A stretch of 63,249 nucleotides of DNA, filler included, from Deltaproteobacteria bacterium (lineage in GTDB: Bacteria > JACQOV01): the NCBI GenBank assembly GCA_016202395.1. It is 3 parts of 3 records of this genome, joined end to end, with 100 filler letters (N's around TTAATTAATTAA, not from the genome) between each part and the next. Parts side by side here need not be neighbours in the genome. Positions count along the whole stretch, not along the records: positions 1 to 19,693 come from JACQOV010000056.1; positions 19,794 to 44,736 come from JACQOV010000057.1; 1 more part is not named here. One strand, 5' to 3'. This document shows positions 10,923 through 20,943 of this stretch, piece after piece; positions within the stretch are counted from its first letter, which is position 1, and the number at the start of each line of letters is the position of its first letter. The translations under genes were made by a program, and so were the position numbers. Under the pieces are notes generated by a model that did not search any database, was not told where the DNA came from, and was given only the letters and a program-made list of their open reading frames with translations.

Positions 10923-13073
10923 ATGAATCCAGATCTCTCGGAGACCCGTCCGATGTCGGTCTCGAGTGAGAAGCGCGACTGGCCGTTGAGGGCGCCGCTT
11001 CGTTACGTGAAGGGGGTGGGGCCGGTGATTGCGGCGGAGTTTGCCAAAAGGGGGATCGAGACGGTTGGGGATGCCATCTATTTTCTCCCCCGGCGATACG
11101 AGGATCGTCGCTTCCTTAAAAAGATTTGCGATTTGCAAGTGGGATCTCGTGAGATTTTTTTGGCGGAGATCGTTCACTCTGCAGAACATGGGATGGGGCG
11201 ATCCCGTCGCAGGCTTTTCGAAGCGGTGGTGTCGGATGGGACCGGTTTTATAACCCTTCGATGGTTTCATTACGCTTTGCCTCTCTTCCGGAAGGAATTT
11301 CAAAATCGGCGCCGCCTTCTTGTCTGTGGCGAGGTGAAGTCGTTCGGGCCTCGGTTCGAGATCCTTCACCCCGAGATCGAGTGGATTAAAGAGGGGGAGG
11401 AGACCGATTCTCTCCATATGCGGCGAATCGTTCCGATCTATCCTGAGGTTGGAAGGTTATCTGCGAAAACGGTCCGTCGAGTCCTCAAATCGGTTGTGGA
11501 TTGCTACGGCCTGCAGGTTCCAGAAAACATCCCTCACGAGATCATTGCGCAACTCCACCTCCCTTCCATCCCAAAAGCGATTGCGGAGGCCCATTTCCCT
11601 GGCCATTCCCTTCAAGAGACAGAGGTGGCCCGAAGGCGGCTTATCTTCGAGGAGCTTTTCCTTTTCGAGTTGGCCTTGGCCTTGCGTTATGAGCGGAATC
11701 GCCACGAAGAGGGGATCGCTTTTTCGATTCAAGAGGATTTGGAGAAGCGGCTTCGCGCCATGCTCCCATTTCGGTTGACCGCGGGGCAGGAGCGGGTTTT
11801 GAAAGAGATTCAGGCCGATTTGGCCTCGGTCCGTCCGATGCATCGTCTTCTCCAAGGGGATGTGGGGAGTGGTAAAACGATCGTCGGATTCATGGCGAGC
11901 TTGAGTGTAGTGAACTGCAGCTACCAGGTCGCTTTGATGGCCCCCACCGAGGTTCTTGCGGAACAACATTATCGAAACCTTTATTCTTACGCCGAGCGGC
12001 TCGGCTTTCGGATGGGGCTTTTGACCAGCGAGGTGAAAGGGAAACAAAGAGAGAAGCTCTTAAAAGAGTTGGGGTCTGGAGAGATTGCTTATCTGATTGG
12101 AACTCATGCGGTCATCCAAGAAGGGGTTCGATTCCATCGTTTAGGATTAGGAATCATTGACGAACAGCATCGCTTTGGGGTGTTGCAACGGACGGCGCTG
12201 CGACAGAAGGGGAAGATGCCCGATCTTTTGGTGATGACGGCCACACCGATCCCTCGATCCCTTGCGATGACGGTGTATGGCGACTTGGATCTCTCGGCGC
12301 TCGATGAGATGCCTCCGGGGAGAAAACCGGTGCAAACGTTTATCTTAACTGACAGAGATTGGGATCGGCTCCTTCGATTTCTCAAAGCCGAGCTCGCCCG
12401 AGGAGGACAGGCCTATTGCATCTACCCTTTGATCGAGGAATCGGAAAAGGTCGATCTTAAAAATGCCACTCAAATGGCGATCCGTTTTTCTCAAGATCTT
12501 GCCCCGGACTTTCAGGTGGGACTTCTTCACGGGAGGATGACGGCGGAGGAAAAAGAATCAGTTTTGATTCGGATGAAGAATAAAGAGATTCATCTCCTGG
12601 TTTCGACCACCGTTGTGGAGGTGGGGATCGATATTCCCAATGCGACGATGATGATTGTCGAACATGCGGAGCGGTTTGGTCTCTCGCAACTCCATCAGCT
12701 CCGTGGGAGGGTTGGCCGAGGTTCTCAAAAATCGTATTGCTTCTTGATGACCCATCCTGGCGCGGCCCTTGGAGCCACGCCAACTTCTCAGCGACTCAAG
12801 ATCTTAACTCAAACCAATAACGGCTTCGTCATTGCGGAAGAGGATCTCAAGATCCGAGGAGCAGGGGAGTTCTTAGGGGTGCGTCAAGCGGGGCTTCCCG
12901 ACTTTCGTTTAGCCAATCTCTTTCGAGACGCTCGCCTTTTGGCCGAGGCTCGCCGCCTCGCTTTCGATCTTATTCGTCGCGATCCTAATTTGTCCCATTC
13001 CTCTCACCAATCTTTGCGCCGAGCCGTTGTCGATTCCTCTCCGAGTCCCCTCAAACTTCTCTTCTCTGGATGA
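10923..13073 (+). CDS. recG: ATP-dependent DNA helicase RecG
   Basis: QGDVGSGKT, DEQH, MTATPIPR, HQLRGRVGRG, EDLKIRG; start uncertain (10890/10923/10953). Confidence 0.97.
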   Translation: MNPDLSETRPMSVSSEKRDWPLRAPLRYVKGVGPVIAAEFAKRGIETVGDAIYFLPRRYEDRRFLKKICDLQVGSREIFLAEIVHSAEHGMGRSRRRLFEAVVSDGTGFITLRWFHYALPLFRKEFQNRRRLLVCGEVKSFGPRFEILHPEIEWIKEGEETDSLHMRRIVPIYPEVGRLSAKTVRRVLKSVVDCYGLQVPENIPHEIIAQLHLPSIPKAIAEAHFPGHSLQETEVARRRLIFEELFLFELALALRYERNRHEEGIAFSIQEDLEKRLRAMLPFRLTAGQERVLKEIQADLASVRPMHRLLQGDVGSGKTIVGFMASLSVVNCSYQVALMAPTEVLAEQHYRNLYSYAERLGFRMGLLTSEVKGKQREKLLKELGSGEIAYLIGTHAVIQEGVRFHRLGLGIIDEQHRFGVLQRTALRQKGKMPDLLVMTATPIPRSLAMTVYGDLDLSALDEMPPGRKPVQTFILTDRDWDRLLRFLKAELARGGQAYCIYPLIEESEKVDLKNATQMAIRFSQDLAPDFQVGLLHGRMTAEEKESVLIRMKNKEIHLLVSTTVVEVGIDIPNATMMIVEHAERFGLSQLHQLRGRVGRGSQKSYCFLMTHPGAALGATPTSQRLKILTQTNNGFVIAEEDLKIRGAGEFLGVRQAGLPDFRLANLFRDARLLAEARRLAFDLIRRDPNLSHSSHQSLRRAVVDSSPSPLKLLFSG

Positions 13074-13104
13074 ATCATGCCAAAAATGTTATACTACGAA
13101 CGGT

Positions 13105-13323
13105 ATGAAAGTGAATCCAAACCTGATATGGGACTATAGTTTTTCATCGCAAGAGATGGAGGCCGAATCCTTCAAACGATGGTATGTAGCACGAGTGCTG
13201 ATGCGAGGAGGGAAAGAAGACATTCGCGCGGTGGGTTTAGAGACGATTCGGCGGCTACTTCCTGACATTTCCATCCCACAACGCATTCGGGAGTTTTGGA
13301 ATTGGTATTTTCAGAAATCTTAA
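13105..13323 (+). CDS. small protein paired with AbiEii-like gene (DUF6922-like, putative antitoxin)
   Basis: LIWDY...RVLMRG...FW pattern; overlaps next gene; TATACT at 13090-13095 just upstream. Confidence 0.7.
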   Translation: MKVNPNLIWDYSFSSQEMEAESFKRWYVARVLMRGGKEDIRAVGLETIRRLLPDISIPQRIREFWNWYFQKS

Positions 13324-13958
13324 CACCACTACAAAAGAGACTGCTCGAGATTTTTACCGAGTACCCTATCTTTAAGGATTTCTATTTCACGGGTGGGACG
13401 GCCCTTTCTGCTATTTATCTTCAACACCGTTTTTCAGAGGACCTAGATTTTTTTACGGAAGTTCCTCAAGGTGTCGCTCGGATTATTCCCATCATCGAAG
13501 AGATCGCTAAAAAGGTGGGGCTCCAAATAGTGATGGGTCGTCGATTCGAAACCCTTTTCGAATGCACCCTTGCTAAAGGTTCAGAAGAGAAGGTGGAATT
13601 CGATTTTGCGCTCGATCTACCGGGACGATTGCAGCCGGTTCGATTAGAGCCTTCTCTGAGACTTTATGTGGATAACGAATTGGATATTGCTTGCAATAAG
13701 TTATCGGCCCTCTATGATCGCGCTGAACCCAAGGATTTTGTGGATCTCTATTTTTTAGTCCAAGAAAAGATGTCTTTTGAAACTTTGCTAGCTAACGCTC
13801 GAAAGAAATTTCCGGGTATAGACGATTACGGTCTCTCTTTGACTTTCTTCAAAGTCAAAGGAGTCGAAAAACTTCCTCGCATGATCAAACCTTTAAAGAT
13901 CCAGACCTTGAAAGAATATTTCCTCGACAAAGCCGCTCAGATGAGCAACCAGATTTAG
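13296..13958 (+). CDS. AbiEii/AbiGii-family nucleotidyltransferase toxin
   Basis: GGTAL, HRFSEDLDFF, K...R..KDFVDLY. Confidence 0.9.
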   Translation: MELVFSEILTPLQKRLLEIFTEYPIFKDFYFTGGTALSAIYLQHRFSEDLDFFTEVPQGVARIIPIIEEIAKKVGLQIVMGRRFETLFECTLAKGSEEKVEFDFALDLPGRLQPVRLEPSLRLYVDNELDIACNKLSALYDRAEPKDFVDLYFLVQEKMSFETLLANARKKFPGIDDYGLSLTFFKVKGVEKLPRMIKPLKIQTLKEYFLDKAAQMSNQI

Positions 13959-14014
13959 TAAGCGCTGTTTTTGACAAAGTGGGTGGGGTGTGATAACTCT
14001 CGTCAACTAAAACA

Positions 14015-14908
14015 ATGGCATACGCCGTTCAAAGACTCCCCGATGATCTTAAAAAGCCCAGGTCCTTTGCGGCGATTCATTCGACGCGAAAGATTTTGCG
14101 GGAGCATCGACTTCACACCGTTTGTGAGGAGGCGCGATGTCCCAATATCGGTGAGTGTTTCTCGCGGCCCACAGCGACTTTTATGATTTTGGGCGATGTT
14201 TGCACGCGAACGTGTCGGTTCTGTTCGGTGGGGAAGGGAAGGCCGATCCCCGTGGATTCGGAAGAGCCGAGGCGATTAGCTCAGGCCTCTAAAACGATGG
14301 GACTTCGACATGTGGTGGTAACCTCGGTCGATCGGGACGATCTCCCCGATGGAGGGGCCTCTCACTTTGCGGAGGTGATTCGAGCCTTGCGGAAGATCTC
14401 TTCGGAGACTACGGTTGAGATCTTGACCCCTGATTTCCAGGGTTCTCAAGGATCGTTGGACCTTATTTTGGCCGATCCTCCCGACATCTTTAATCACAAT
14501 CTGGAGACCGTTCCGGGCCTCTATCGAAGGACTCGGCCTCGGTCGTACTATGAACGGTCGCTAAAAGTCCTCGAATATGTTAAAAGACAAAGGCCAACTC
14601 TTTTAACCAAATCCGGAATCATGCTCGGTTTGGGGGAAAAGAGAGAAGAGGTTTATCCGGTATTGCAAGACTTGAAAACGGTCGATTGTGACATTATTAC
14701 TCTTGGGCAGTATCTTCAACCGACGCGGCATCAGTTGCCGGTGCAGGAGTTTGTTCCTTTGACGATTTATGAAGAGTATAAAAAATATGCGGTGGAACTC
14801 GGGTTCCGTTTTGTCGATGCGGGGCCTTTTGTTCGAAGCTCTTATAACGCTGCTGCCGTATTGGATACCTTAAAGCAAGGACCCTATGCATCGATTTCCA
14901 CGAATTGA
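14015..14908 (+). CDS. lipA: lipoyl synthase
   Basis: [25 protein letters not shown]. Confidence 0.98.
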   Translation: MAYAVQRLPDDLKKPRSFAAIHSTRKILREHRLHTVCEEARCPNIGECFSRPTATFMILGDVCTRTCRFCSVGKGRPIPVDSEEPRRLAQASKTMGLRHVVVTSVDRDDLPDGGASHFAEVIRALRKISSETTVEILTPDFQGSQGSLDLILADPPDIFNHNLETVPGLYRRTRPRSYYERSLKVLEYVKRQRPTLLTKSGIMLGLGEKREEVYPVLQDLKTVDCDIITLGQYLQPTRHQLPVQEFVPLTIYEEYKKYAVELGFRFVDAGPFVRSSYNAAAVLDTLKQGPYASISTN

Positions 14909-16100
14909 GCGTCTTCCCCCTTACGTTTTTGCGACGATCAACGAGCTGAAACATAAGGCCCGTCAAGCGGGGGAGGATATTATTGACTTGGGGATGGGGA
15001 ATCCCGATCTTCCCACACCTCCGCATATTGTGGAGAAGATGATCGAGGTCTCCTCCAATCCTAAAAATCACCGTTACTCCGTTTCACGAGGGATCGTTCG
15101 CCTTCGAGAGGCGATCTGCAAATGGTACCAAAGACGCTACGACATCGATCTCGATCTAGACACCGAAGCGATTGTGACGATTGGAGCTAAGGAAGGGATC
15201 GCCCATCTTTTGCTTGCGACGCTGGAGCGAGGGGATGTCGTTTTGGTCCCGACCCCGACTTATCCGATTCACAGCTATGCCTCCATCATTGCGGGGGCCG
15301 ATGTTCATTTAGTTCCCTTCACCGAAGGACAAGACTTTTTTGAGTCGTTGGTGGTGGCAACCGAGAGGATCTTGCCTCGGCCGAAGATGGTGGTTTTGTC
15401 GTTCCCTCACAATCCAACGACTCAGACGGTAGATCTCGAATTTTTCAAAAAGGTGATCGATTTCGCAAAGCGATATAATCTTCTTGTCGTTCATGATTTT
15501 GCCTATGCTGATATCGTCTTTGATGGCTACCAAGCCCCCAGTTTCTTGCAGGTCCCTGGAGCCAAAGAGGTAGGGGTGGAACTTTTTTCTCTCTCGAAGA
15601 GCTACAACATGCCGGGTTGGCGATTGGGATTTGTTGTGGGGAATCGGGAGATGATCTATGCCTTGGCCCGGATCAAGAGCTATTTCGATTATGGGATCTT
15701 TCAACCGCTCCAGATTGCGGGGATCTTGGCCCTCAACGGCCCACAAGAATGTGTTTCTGAGATCGTGGAGACCTATCGGGTTCGGAGAGATGTCTTGATC
15801 CAAGGGCTAGCCCGAGCCGGTTGGGTCGTCCCCTCTCCGAAGGCAACGATGTTTGTGTGGGCGAAGATTCCAGAAAAATTTCAGCCGATGGGTTCTATAG
15901 AGTTTACGAAATTTTTGCTTCAGTCGGCCAAGGTAGCTGTTTCTCCAGGAATCGGTTTTGGAGAAGCGGGAAATCTTTACGTTCGCTTCGCCCTGGTTGA
16001 GAATGAACATCGGATTCGACAAGCCACTCGTGGAATTCGAGAGGCTTTGGATCTTGTGCAGCCGCAGGCGCGTCGTCGCGCGCGAGAACAACAAGCTTGA
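14886..16100 (+). CDS. alaC: class I/II PLP aminotransferase (AlaC-like)
   Basis: [35 protein letters not shown]. Confidence 0.85.
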   Translation: MHRFPRIERLPPYVFATINELKHKARQAGEDIIDLGMGNPDLPTPPHIVEKMIEVSSNPKNHRYSVSRGIVRLREAICKWYQRRYDIDLDLDTEAIVTIGAKEGIAHLLLATLERGDVVLVPTPTYPIHSYASIIAGADVHLVPFTEGQDFFESLVVATERILPRPKMVVLSFPHNPTTQTVDLEFFKKVIDFAKRYNLLVVHDFAYADIVFDGYQAPSFLQVPGAKEVGVELFSLSKSYNMPGWRLGFVVGNREMIYALARIKSYFDYGIFQPLQIAGILALNGPQECVSEIVETYRVRRDVLIQGLARAGWVVPSPKATMFVWAKIPEKFQPMGSIEFTKFLLQSAKVAVSPGIGFGEAGNLYVRFALVENEHRIRQATRGIREALDLVQPQARRRAREQQA

Positions 16101-16114
16101 ATGAGGATAGAACT

Positions 16115-17431
16115 ATGGGCGCCTCTAAAATTCAAGTCGGCAAAATTCAAATTGGAATGATCGGTTTAGGAACCGTGGGCAGTGGTGTGGTTCAATTGCT
16201 TGAAAAGAACCGTGATCTCATTCGAAGGCGGTTGGGCGCCGATATTCAGATCAAAAAGATTGCGGTGGCTCAAACTCAGAAAAAACGTTCTCTCAAGATC
16301 GCTTCTTCTCTTCTCACAGACAAGGTCGAAGAGGTTTTGAACGATCCGGAGATCTCAATGGTCGTAGAATTGATGGGAGGGATCGATCCCGCTAAGAGAT
16401 ATCTTCTTCAAGCTATTGAAAAAGGGAAGCACATTGTCACTGCCAACAAGGCGGTTTTGGCTCACCATGGAGCGGAGCTTTTCTCTGCGGCCGAGAAGAA
16501 AAAAGTGGGGCTGGGTTTCGAGGCCAGTGTTTGCGGCGGCATCCCAATCCTGCGTGCCTTGAGAGAAGGGTTGGTAGCCGATCAAGTGACCTCTCTCTAT
16601 GGCATTGTGAATGGGACCTCGAATTACATCCTTACGGAGATGACGAGCGAAGGGAGCTCTTTTGAAGAGGTGTTAAAGAAGGCTCAGGAGAAAGGGTATG
16701 CGGAGGCGGATCCCCGTTTCGATGTGAATGGGATCGATTCCGTTCACAAACTGGTGTTGCTTCTCCGTCTGGCCTTCGGGGTTCAGGTGGATGTGGAGTC
16801 GATCTACACCGAGGGGATTGGTCGTGTGGGTCCTTTAGATGTGAAATTCGCAGAAGAGCTCGGTTATCGGATTAAGTTATTGGCGATTGCGAAACTCGAG
16901 GGGGATTCCATGGAGGCCCGTGTTCACCCGACGATGCTCCCGAAGGAGACGCTTCTTGCGACTGTAGATGGAGTTTTCAATGCCGTTTATCTTCTAGGAG
17001 AATATTCAGGCCCTGGACTCTATTTTGGTTCCGGAGCTGGGGGTATGCCCACGGCTACGGCCGTTGTTAGTGATGTTGTCGATATCGCGAAGAATATCCT
17101 GTCGGGGATTGGTGTGAGAGGTTCCGAGAGGATGGTGCCGTCTAAGAAAATTAAGCCGATTGAAGAGGTCCAATGTTCCCACTACCTCCGATTCATGGCG
17201 GTCGATCAACCGGGGGTCTTGGCCAAGATCGCCGGCTTTCTAGGAGAAGAGGGGATTGGAATCGCCTCCGTTATTCAGAAGGGGCGAAAACTTCAACAGA
17301 GTGTCCCGGTGGTGATTATGACCTACGAGGCCAAGGGGAGGGCCGTAGAGCGGGCGTTAGCCAAGGTGGATCAACTCCCTGTTGTGACCGAGAAGTCTTT
17401 GGCGATCCGAATCGAAACAGATCTGGGTTGA
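16115..17431 (+). CDS. hom: homoserine dehydrogenase with ACT domain
   Basis: GLGTVG, VTANK, EASVCGGIP, NGTSNYIL, GYAEADP; start 16115 (or TTG 16097). Confidence 0.97.
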   Translation: MGASKIQVGKIQIGMIGLGTVGSGVVQLLEKNRDLIRRRLGADIQIKKIAVAQTQKKRSLKIASSLLTDKVEEVLNDPEISMVVELMGGIDPAKRYLLQAIEKGKHIVTANKAVLAHHGAELFSAAEKKKVGLGFEASVCGGIPILRALREGLVADQVTSLYGIVNGTSNYILTEMTSEGSSFEEVLKKAQEKGYAEADPRFDVNGIDSVHKLVLLLRLAFGVQVDVESIYTEGIGRVGPLDVKFAEELGYRIKLLAIAKLEGDSMEARVHPTMLPKETLLATVDGVFNAVYLLGEYSGPGLYFGSGAGGMPTATAVVSDVVDIAKNILSGIGVRGSERMVPSKKIKPIEEVQCSHYLRFMAVDQPGVLAKIAGFLGEEGIGIASVIQKGRKLQQSVPVVIMTYEAKGRAVERALAKVDQLPVVTEKSLAIRIETDLG

Positions 17432-17433
17432 TC

Positions 17434-18486
17434 ATGTGGCGTGGCATCTTACATCACTATAAAAAACTTCTCCCTCCTATTGAGGATCGATACATTGTGA
17501 CCCTTCTGGAAGGGAATACCCCCCTGATCCCTGCCTTGCGATTGGTTCAATATCTGAAAATCGATGTGAAACTTTATCTGAAGTATGAAGGGCTCAATCC
17601 CACCGGATCGTTTAAGGATCGGGGGATGACGTTTGCGGTTTCCAAGGCATTAGAGTCGGGACATCGAGCCATCCTCTGCGCCTCCACCGGAAACACCTCC
17701 GCTTCAGCGGCGGCCTATGCCGCAAAGGCCGGCATCGAGGCCTTTGTGGTGATCCCTCAGGGAAAGATTGCGCGAGGCAAACTCTGTCAGGCTATGATAC
17801 ACGGAGCCAAAGTGGTTCAAATTCGCGGTGGTTTTGATGAGGCTCTCAAAATTGTTCGGAAGATCGTGGAGGATCACCCTATGGTATTGGTGAACTCCAT
17901 CAATCCCTTTCGGTTGGAGGGGCAAAAAACGGCCGCTTTTGAGATCTGTGATGCCTTGGGGGACGCCCCTGATTATCATTTTATTCCGGTTGGAAATGCC
18001 GGAAACATCACGGCCTATTGGAGGGGATATCAGGAGTACCAAAAATTGAAGAAGGTCACTCGAAGCCCTAAGATGCACGGTTATGAAGCGGAAGGGGCCG
18101 CCCCCATCGTCAAGGGGCATCCGATTATCGATCCTCAGACGGTGGCCTCTGCCATTCGGATTGGGAATCCAGCGAGTTGGAAAGCGGCAGAAACAGCGCG
18201 GGATGAATCGAAAGGGGTCATTGATTCTGTGACCGACTCCGAGATTTTAGAGGCTTACCGTTGGCTTGCCAACCTGGAAGGGGTTTTCTGCGAGCCGGCT
18301 TCAGCCGCTTCCGTTGCCGGATTCGTAAAATGTTGTAAGAAAAAGATTTTCCGAGGAGAAGAGACGGTGGTATGCACTTTGACAGGACATGGGTTGAAGG
18401 ATCCGGATACGGCGATCCAGAATTCTCCGGAGCCGGTTACGGTTGACGCGGAGCTTGAAGCTGTATTAAAAGTACTAAAACTCTAG
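17434..18486 (+). CDS. thrC: threonine synthase
   Basis: NPTGSFKDRG, CASTGNT, PVGNAGNI, TGHGLKD; start ATG 17434. Confidence 0.96.
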   Translation: MWRGILHHYKKLLPPIEDRYIVTLLEGNTPLIPALRLVQYLKIDVKLYLKYEGLNPTGSFKDRGMTFAVSKALESGHRAILCASTGNTSASAAAYAAKAGIEAFVVIPQGKIARGKLCQAMIHGAKVVQIRGGFDEALKIVRKIVEDHPMVLVNSINPFRLEGQKTAAFEICDALGDAPDYHFIPVGNAGNITAYWRGYQEYQKLKKVTRSPKMHGYEAEGAAPIVKGHPIIDPQTVASAIRIGNPASWKAAETARDESKGVIDSVTDSEILEAYRWLANLEGVFCEPASAASVAGFVKCCKKKIFRGEETVVCTLTGHGLKDPDTAIQNSPEPVTVDAELEAVLKVLKL

Positions 18487-18487
18487 C

Positions 18488-18612
18488 ACAAACGCAATAA
18501 ATGTTGTTATACTTCGTTGGCCTCCTTCAGCGCTCGCTCAGCGTACGCCACAAAGTACGCTTCGCTCGGCTTCAGTCGGCCGCCTTGTCTAACAGACATT
18601 TCTTGCGTTTGT
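18488..18612. repeat. 125-bp palindromic MITE/REP-like element
   Basis: terminal arms acaaacgcaa-t-aaatgt / acattt-c-ttgcgtttgt; inner gcgtac...gtacgc hairpin. Confidence 0.7.
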
Positions 18613-18625
18613 AGGGATATTCGAT

Positions 18626-19579
18626 ATGGATAGAAACTTTGCGTTAGAATTTATTCGAGTGACCGAGTCGGCAGCCTTAGCCTCTGCCCGTCTGATGGGG
18701 AGAGGGGATGGGCGAGCGGCAGATCAAGCTGCGGTCGATGCGATGCGTCGGACTTTGGCCTCCGTGGCTTGTCACGCGGTTATTGCCGTAGGGGAAGGGG
18801 AGAGGGACGAGGCCCCCATGCTCTATCAAGGGGAGATTGTGGGTTCTGGAAATGGGATTCGTTTAAGTCTGGCGGTCGATCCATTAGAGGGGACTAACCT
18901 CTGTGCCACAGGAGGTCCCGGAGCCCTTTCGGTCATTGCTGCTGCCGAAGAGGGGAATTTCCCCGATATGCCCGATACCTACATGGACAAGATTGCTGTG
19001 GGGGCGGAGGCAAAAGGGGCAATCGATATCGATGCTTCGGTGGAGAAAAATCTTCGAGCTGTGGCGGAGGCGAAGCGCAAACGCATTGAAGATCTCACCG
19101 TGGTCATGCTCGATCGACCTCGGCATGAGAAACTCTTAGCAGAGGTTCGTCGAATCGGAGCTCGTATAAAGTTGATCGGAGATGGGGATATCTCCGCTGC
19201 CGTGGCTACGAGTTTGCCTGATACGGGAGTGGATCTCCTTTTAGGGATTGGCGGAGCTCCGGAAGGGGTGATTGCGGCAGCGGCGTTGCGGGCGACAGGA
19301 GGGGATTTTCAGGCTCGGCTTAAACCCCGCAGTGATGATGAAGTGAAACGGCTTCGTAAACTCGGATTTGAAAAGATCGATCGGAAGCTTTCCTTAGAGG
19401 ATATCGCCAAAGGGGAGGTGATGTTTGCCGCCACCGGTGTCACCGATGGCGATTTGCTAAAAGGGGTTCGTTTTATTAGTGGGGGCGCTTTAACCAACTC
19501 CATTGTCATGAGGTCGAAGTCCCGGACGATTCGGGTTATCGAAGCAACGCACCGGTTTGAATTCAAGCCTGTCTATTGA
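18626..19579 (+). CDS. glpX: class II fructose-1,6-bisphosphatase
   Basis: GEGERDEAPML, VDPLEGT, DRPRH, GGAPEGV, ATGVTDG. Confidence 0.97.
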   Translation: MDRNFALEFIRVTESAALASARLMGRGDGRAADQAAVDAMRRTLASVACHAVIAVGEGERDEAPMLYQGEIVGSGNGIRLSLAVDPLEGTNLCATGGPGALSVIAAAEEGNFPDMPDTYMDKIAVGAEAKGAIDIDASVEKNLRAVAEAKRKRIEDLTVVMLDRPRHEKLLAEVRRIGARIKLIGDGDISAAVATSLPDTGVDLLLGIGGAPEGVIAAAALRATGGDFQARLKPRSDDEVKRLRKLGFEKIDRKLSLEDIAKGEVMFAATGVTDGDLLKGVRFISGGALTNSIVMRSKSRTIRVIEATHRFEFKPVY

Positions 19580-19693
19580 CTTGTCCCTTCTTCACATCTA
19601 TTTTACTGTCCGTTTTTGTCCGTGGGTACGCAAAGATTTCTCCAAAATCTCTCCAACCTTAATAATAGAATATTAAAATATTCAATAAAATCA

Positions 19694-19793
19694 NNNNNNN
19701 NNNNNNNNNNNNNNNNNNNNNNNNNNNNNNNNNNNNNTTAATTAATTAANNNNNNNNNNNNNNNNNNNNNNNNNNNNNNNNNNNNNNNNNNNN
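19694..19793. other. artificial contig linker
   Basis: 100 nt of N with central TTAATTAATTAA (stops in six frames). Confidence 0.97.
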
Positions 19794-20141
19794 GACCTCA
19801 AAATCGGTGCAGGCAAAATAACCCTTTCCTTCAATTTTGCGGACCGGATCGTGGATTTTGACAAATTTTAATTTCAGGTTCTCCTGTGTCTTTGGATCCT
19901 GGATAGCAAAAACACCATTTTTAGTGTTTTCCTTAATATGGGCATTCATTGTTTCCTTGATCTGTGCGGCATTAAAGCTCGTGGCCTGGCTCCCGGCATG
20001 CTCATCTCCTGGGTGCTCTTTCTTGGCCGGTTTGCCCGCATGCTCGTCGCCGGGATGTTCACCGGCAAAGATCGGCATCTGAGGAACAATAAGCGCGAAA
20101 CCGATTAGAATCCAAAACACGTGCAGTCTGTTCTTTATCAT
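19794..20141 (-). CDS. exported protein with His-rich repeats, 3'-truncated by the gap
   Basis: SD GGAGGG, signal peptide ending IFA, EHPGDEHAG twice. Confidence 0.75.
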
Positions 20142-20281
20142 AAATTTACCCTCCTTTTTTGGTTGGTTCATAGGTGGAGACCACCTCCACTTGTTCATAG
20201 GACGAGAAAAAGACCGGTTTGATTGCACGATGACACAACTCACTACAATCACAGGACAATCGGCATCACTAGTGTTCCTCC

Positions 20282-20908
20282 TTATATTCTTTGCCCCTCA
20301 ATCAAGAGATAGGCATCCGCCTTCAAATAGGTCGTACGAGTCACCTTGAGCGATTGGATAGAACGAACGTGATCCAAGGTTTTGCGATCGAACCGCGCTC
20401 CATAGACAAACTCGACAAACGGCGCGAGGAGTTTTTGTCGCGCACGTAGGGCTGGTTTTTTTGAGTAGAGGATCTCAATCAAGCGAAACCTCCCGCCCGG
20501 TTTTAAGACCCGTGACATCTCTTTCAGGGCGAGAGGTTGTAGACGGTCAGGCATCACACAGTACATGAAGGTCGAAATGGTCCAATCAAAAATTCCATCG
20601 GCGAATCGGCTTAAATTTGTGGCATCGGCCTCTTGGAGGTCCACTCTGCATTGGGCTTCCCTCACCCGCTTTCGTGCCTGCCCAAGCATCCCCGAACTTA
20701 AATCAATGGCGGTGAGGTTTACAGACTGAGAGTAATGACGCAGGTTGTGTCCTGTGCCGACACCCGCTTCCAAGACCCAACCGTTAACGTCTTTCAAGAT
20801 CTCCGGCCGCCACTTTCGGTATTGCCGCTCCCACGGATAATCGAGGAGGTCATAGAACCAAGAAGTTTTCTGATACTTTGCTCGCAGGCCCTGATTTTCG
20901 TGAGTCAT
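20282..20908 (-). CDS. class I SAM-dependent methyltransferase
   Basis: LEAGVGTG, IDLS, RVLKPGG. Confidence 0.9.
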   Translation of the reverse strand: MTHENQGLRAKYQKTSWFYDLLDYPWERQYRKWRPEILKDVNGWVLEAGVGTGHNLRHYSQSVNLTAIDLSSGMLGQARKRVREAQCRVDLQEADATNLSRFADGIFDWTISTFMYCVMPDRLQPLALKEMSRVLKPGGRFRLIEILYSKKPALRARQKLLAPFVEFVYGARFDRKTLDHVRSIQSLKVTRTTYLKADAYLLIEGQRI

Positions 20909-20943
20909 TTTTAAAGTTTTTCAACGAACGATTAAGGGATGAC

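Noticed and set aside
12758-12782. Small hairpin inside recG (PGAALGATP)
   Set aside because: Short, imperfect and not similar to the other repeat families; could be chance.
19580-19693. tgtccgt direct repeat and AT-rich tract suggesting an element end
   Set aside because: Truncated by the gap, with no integrase, tRNA or partner end to support it.
19738-19749. TTAATTAATTAA palindromes (also 44781-44792)
   Set aside because: Embedded in N runs; an artificial six-frame-stop linker.
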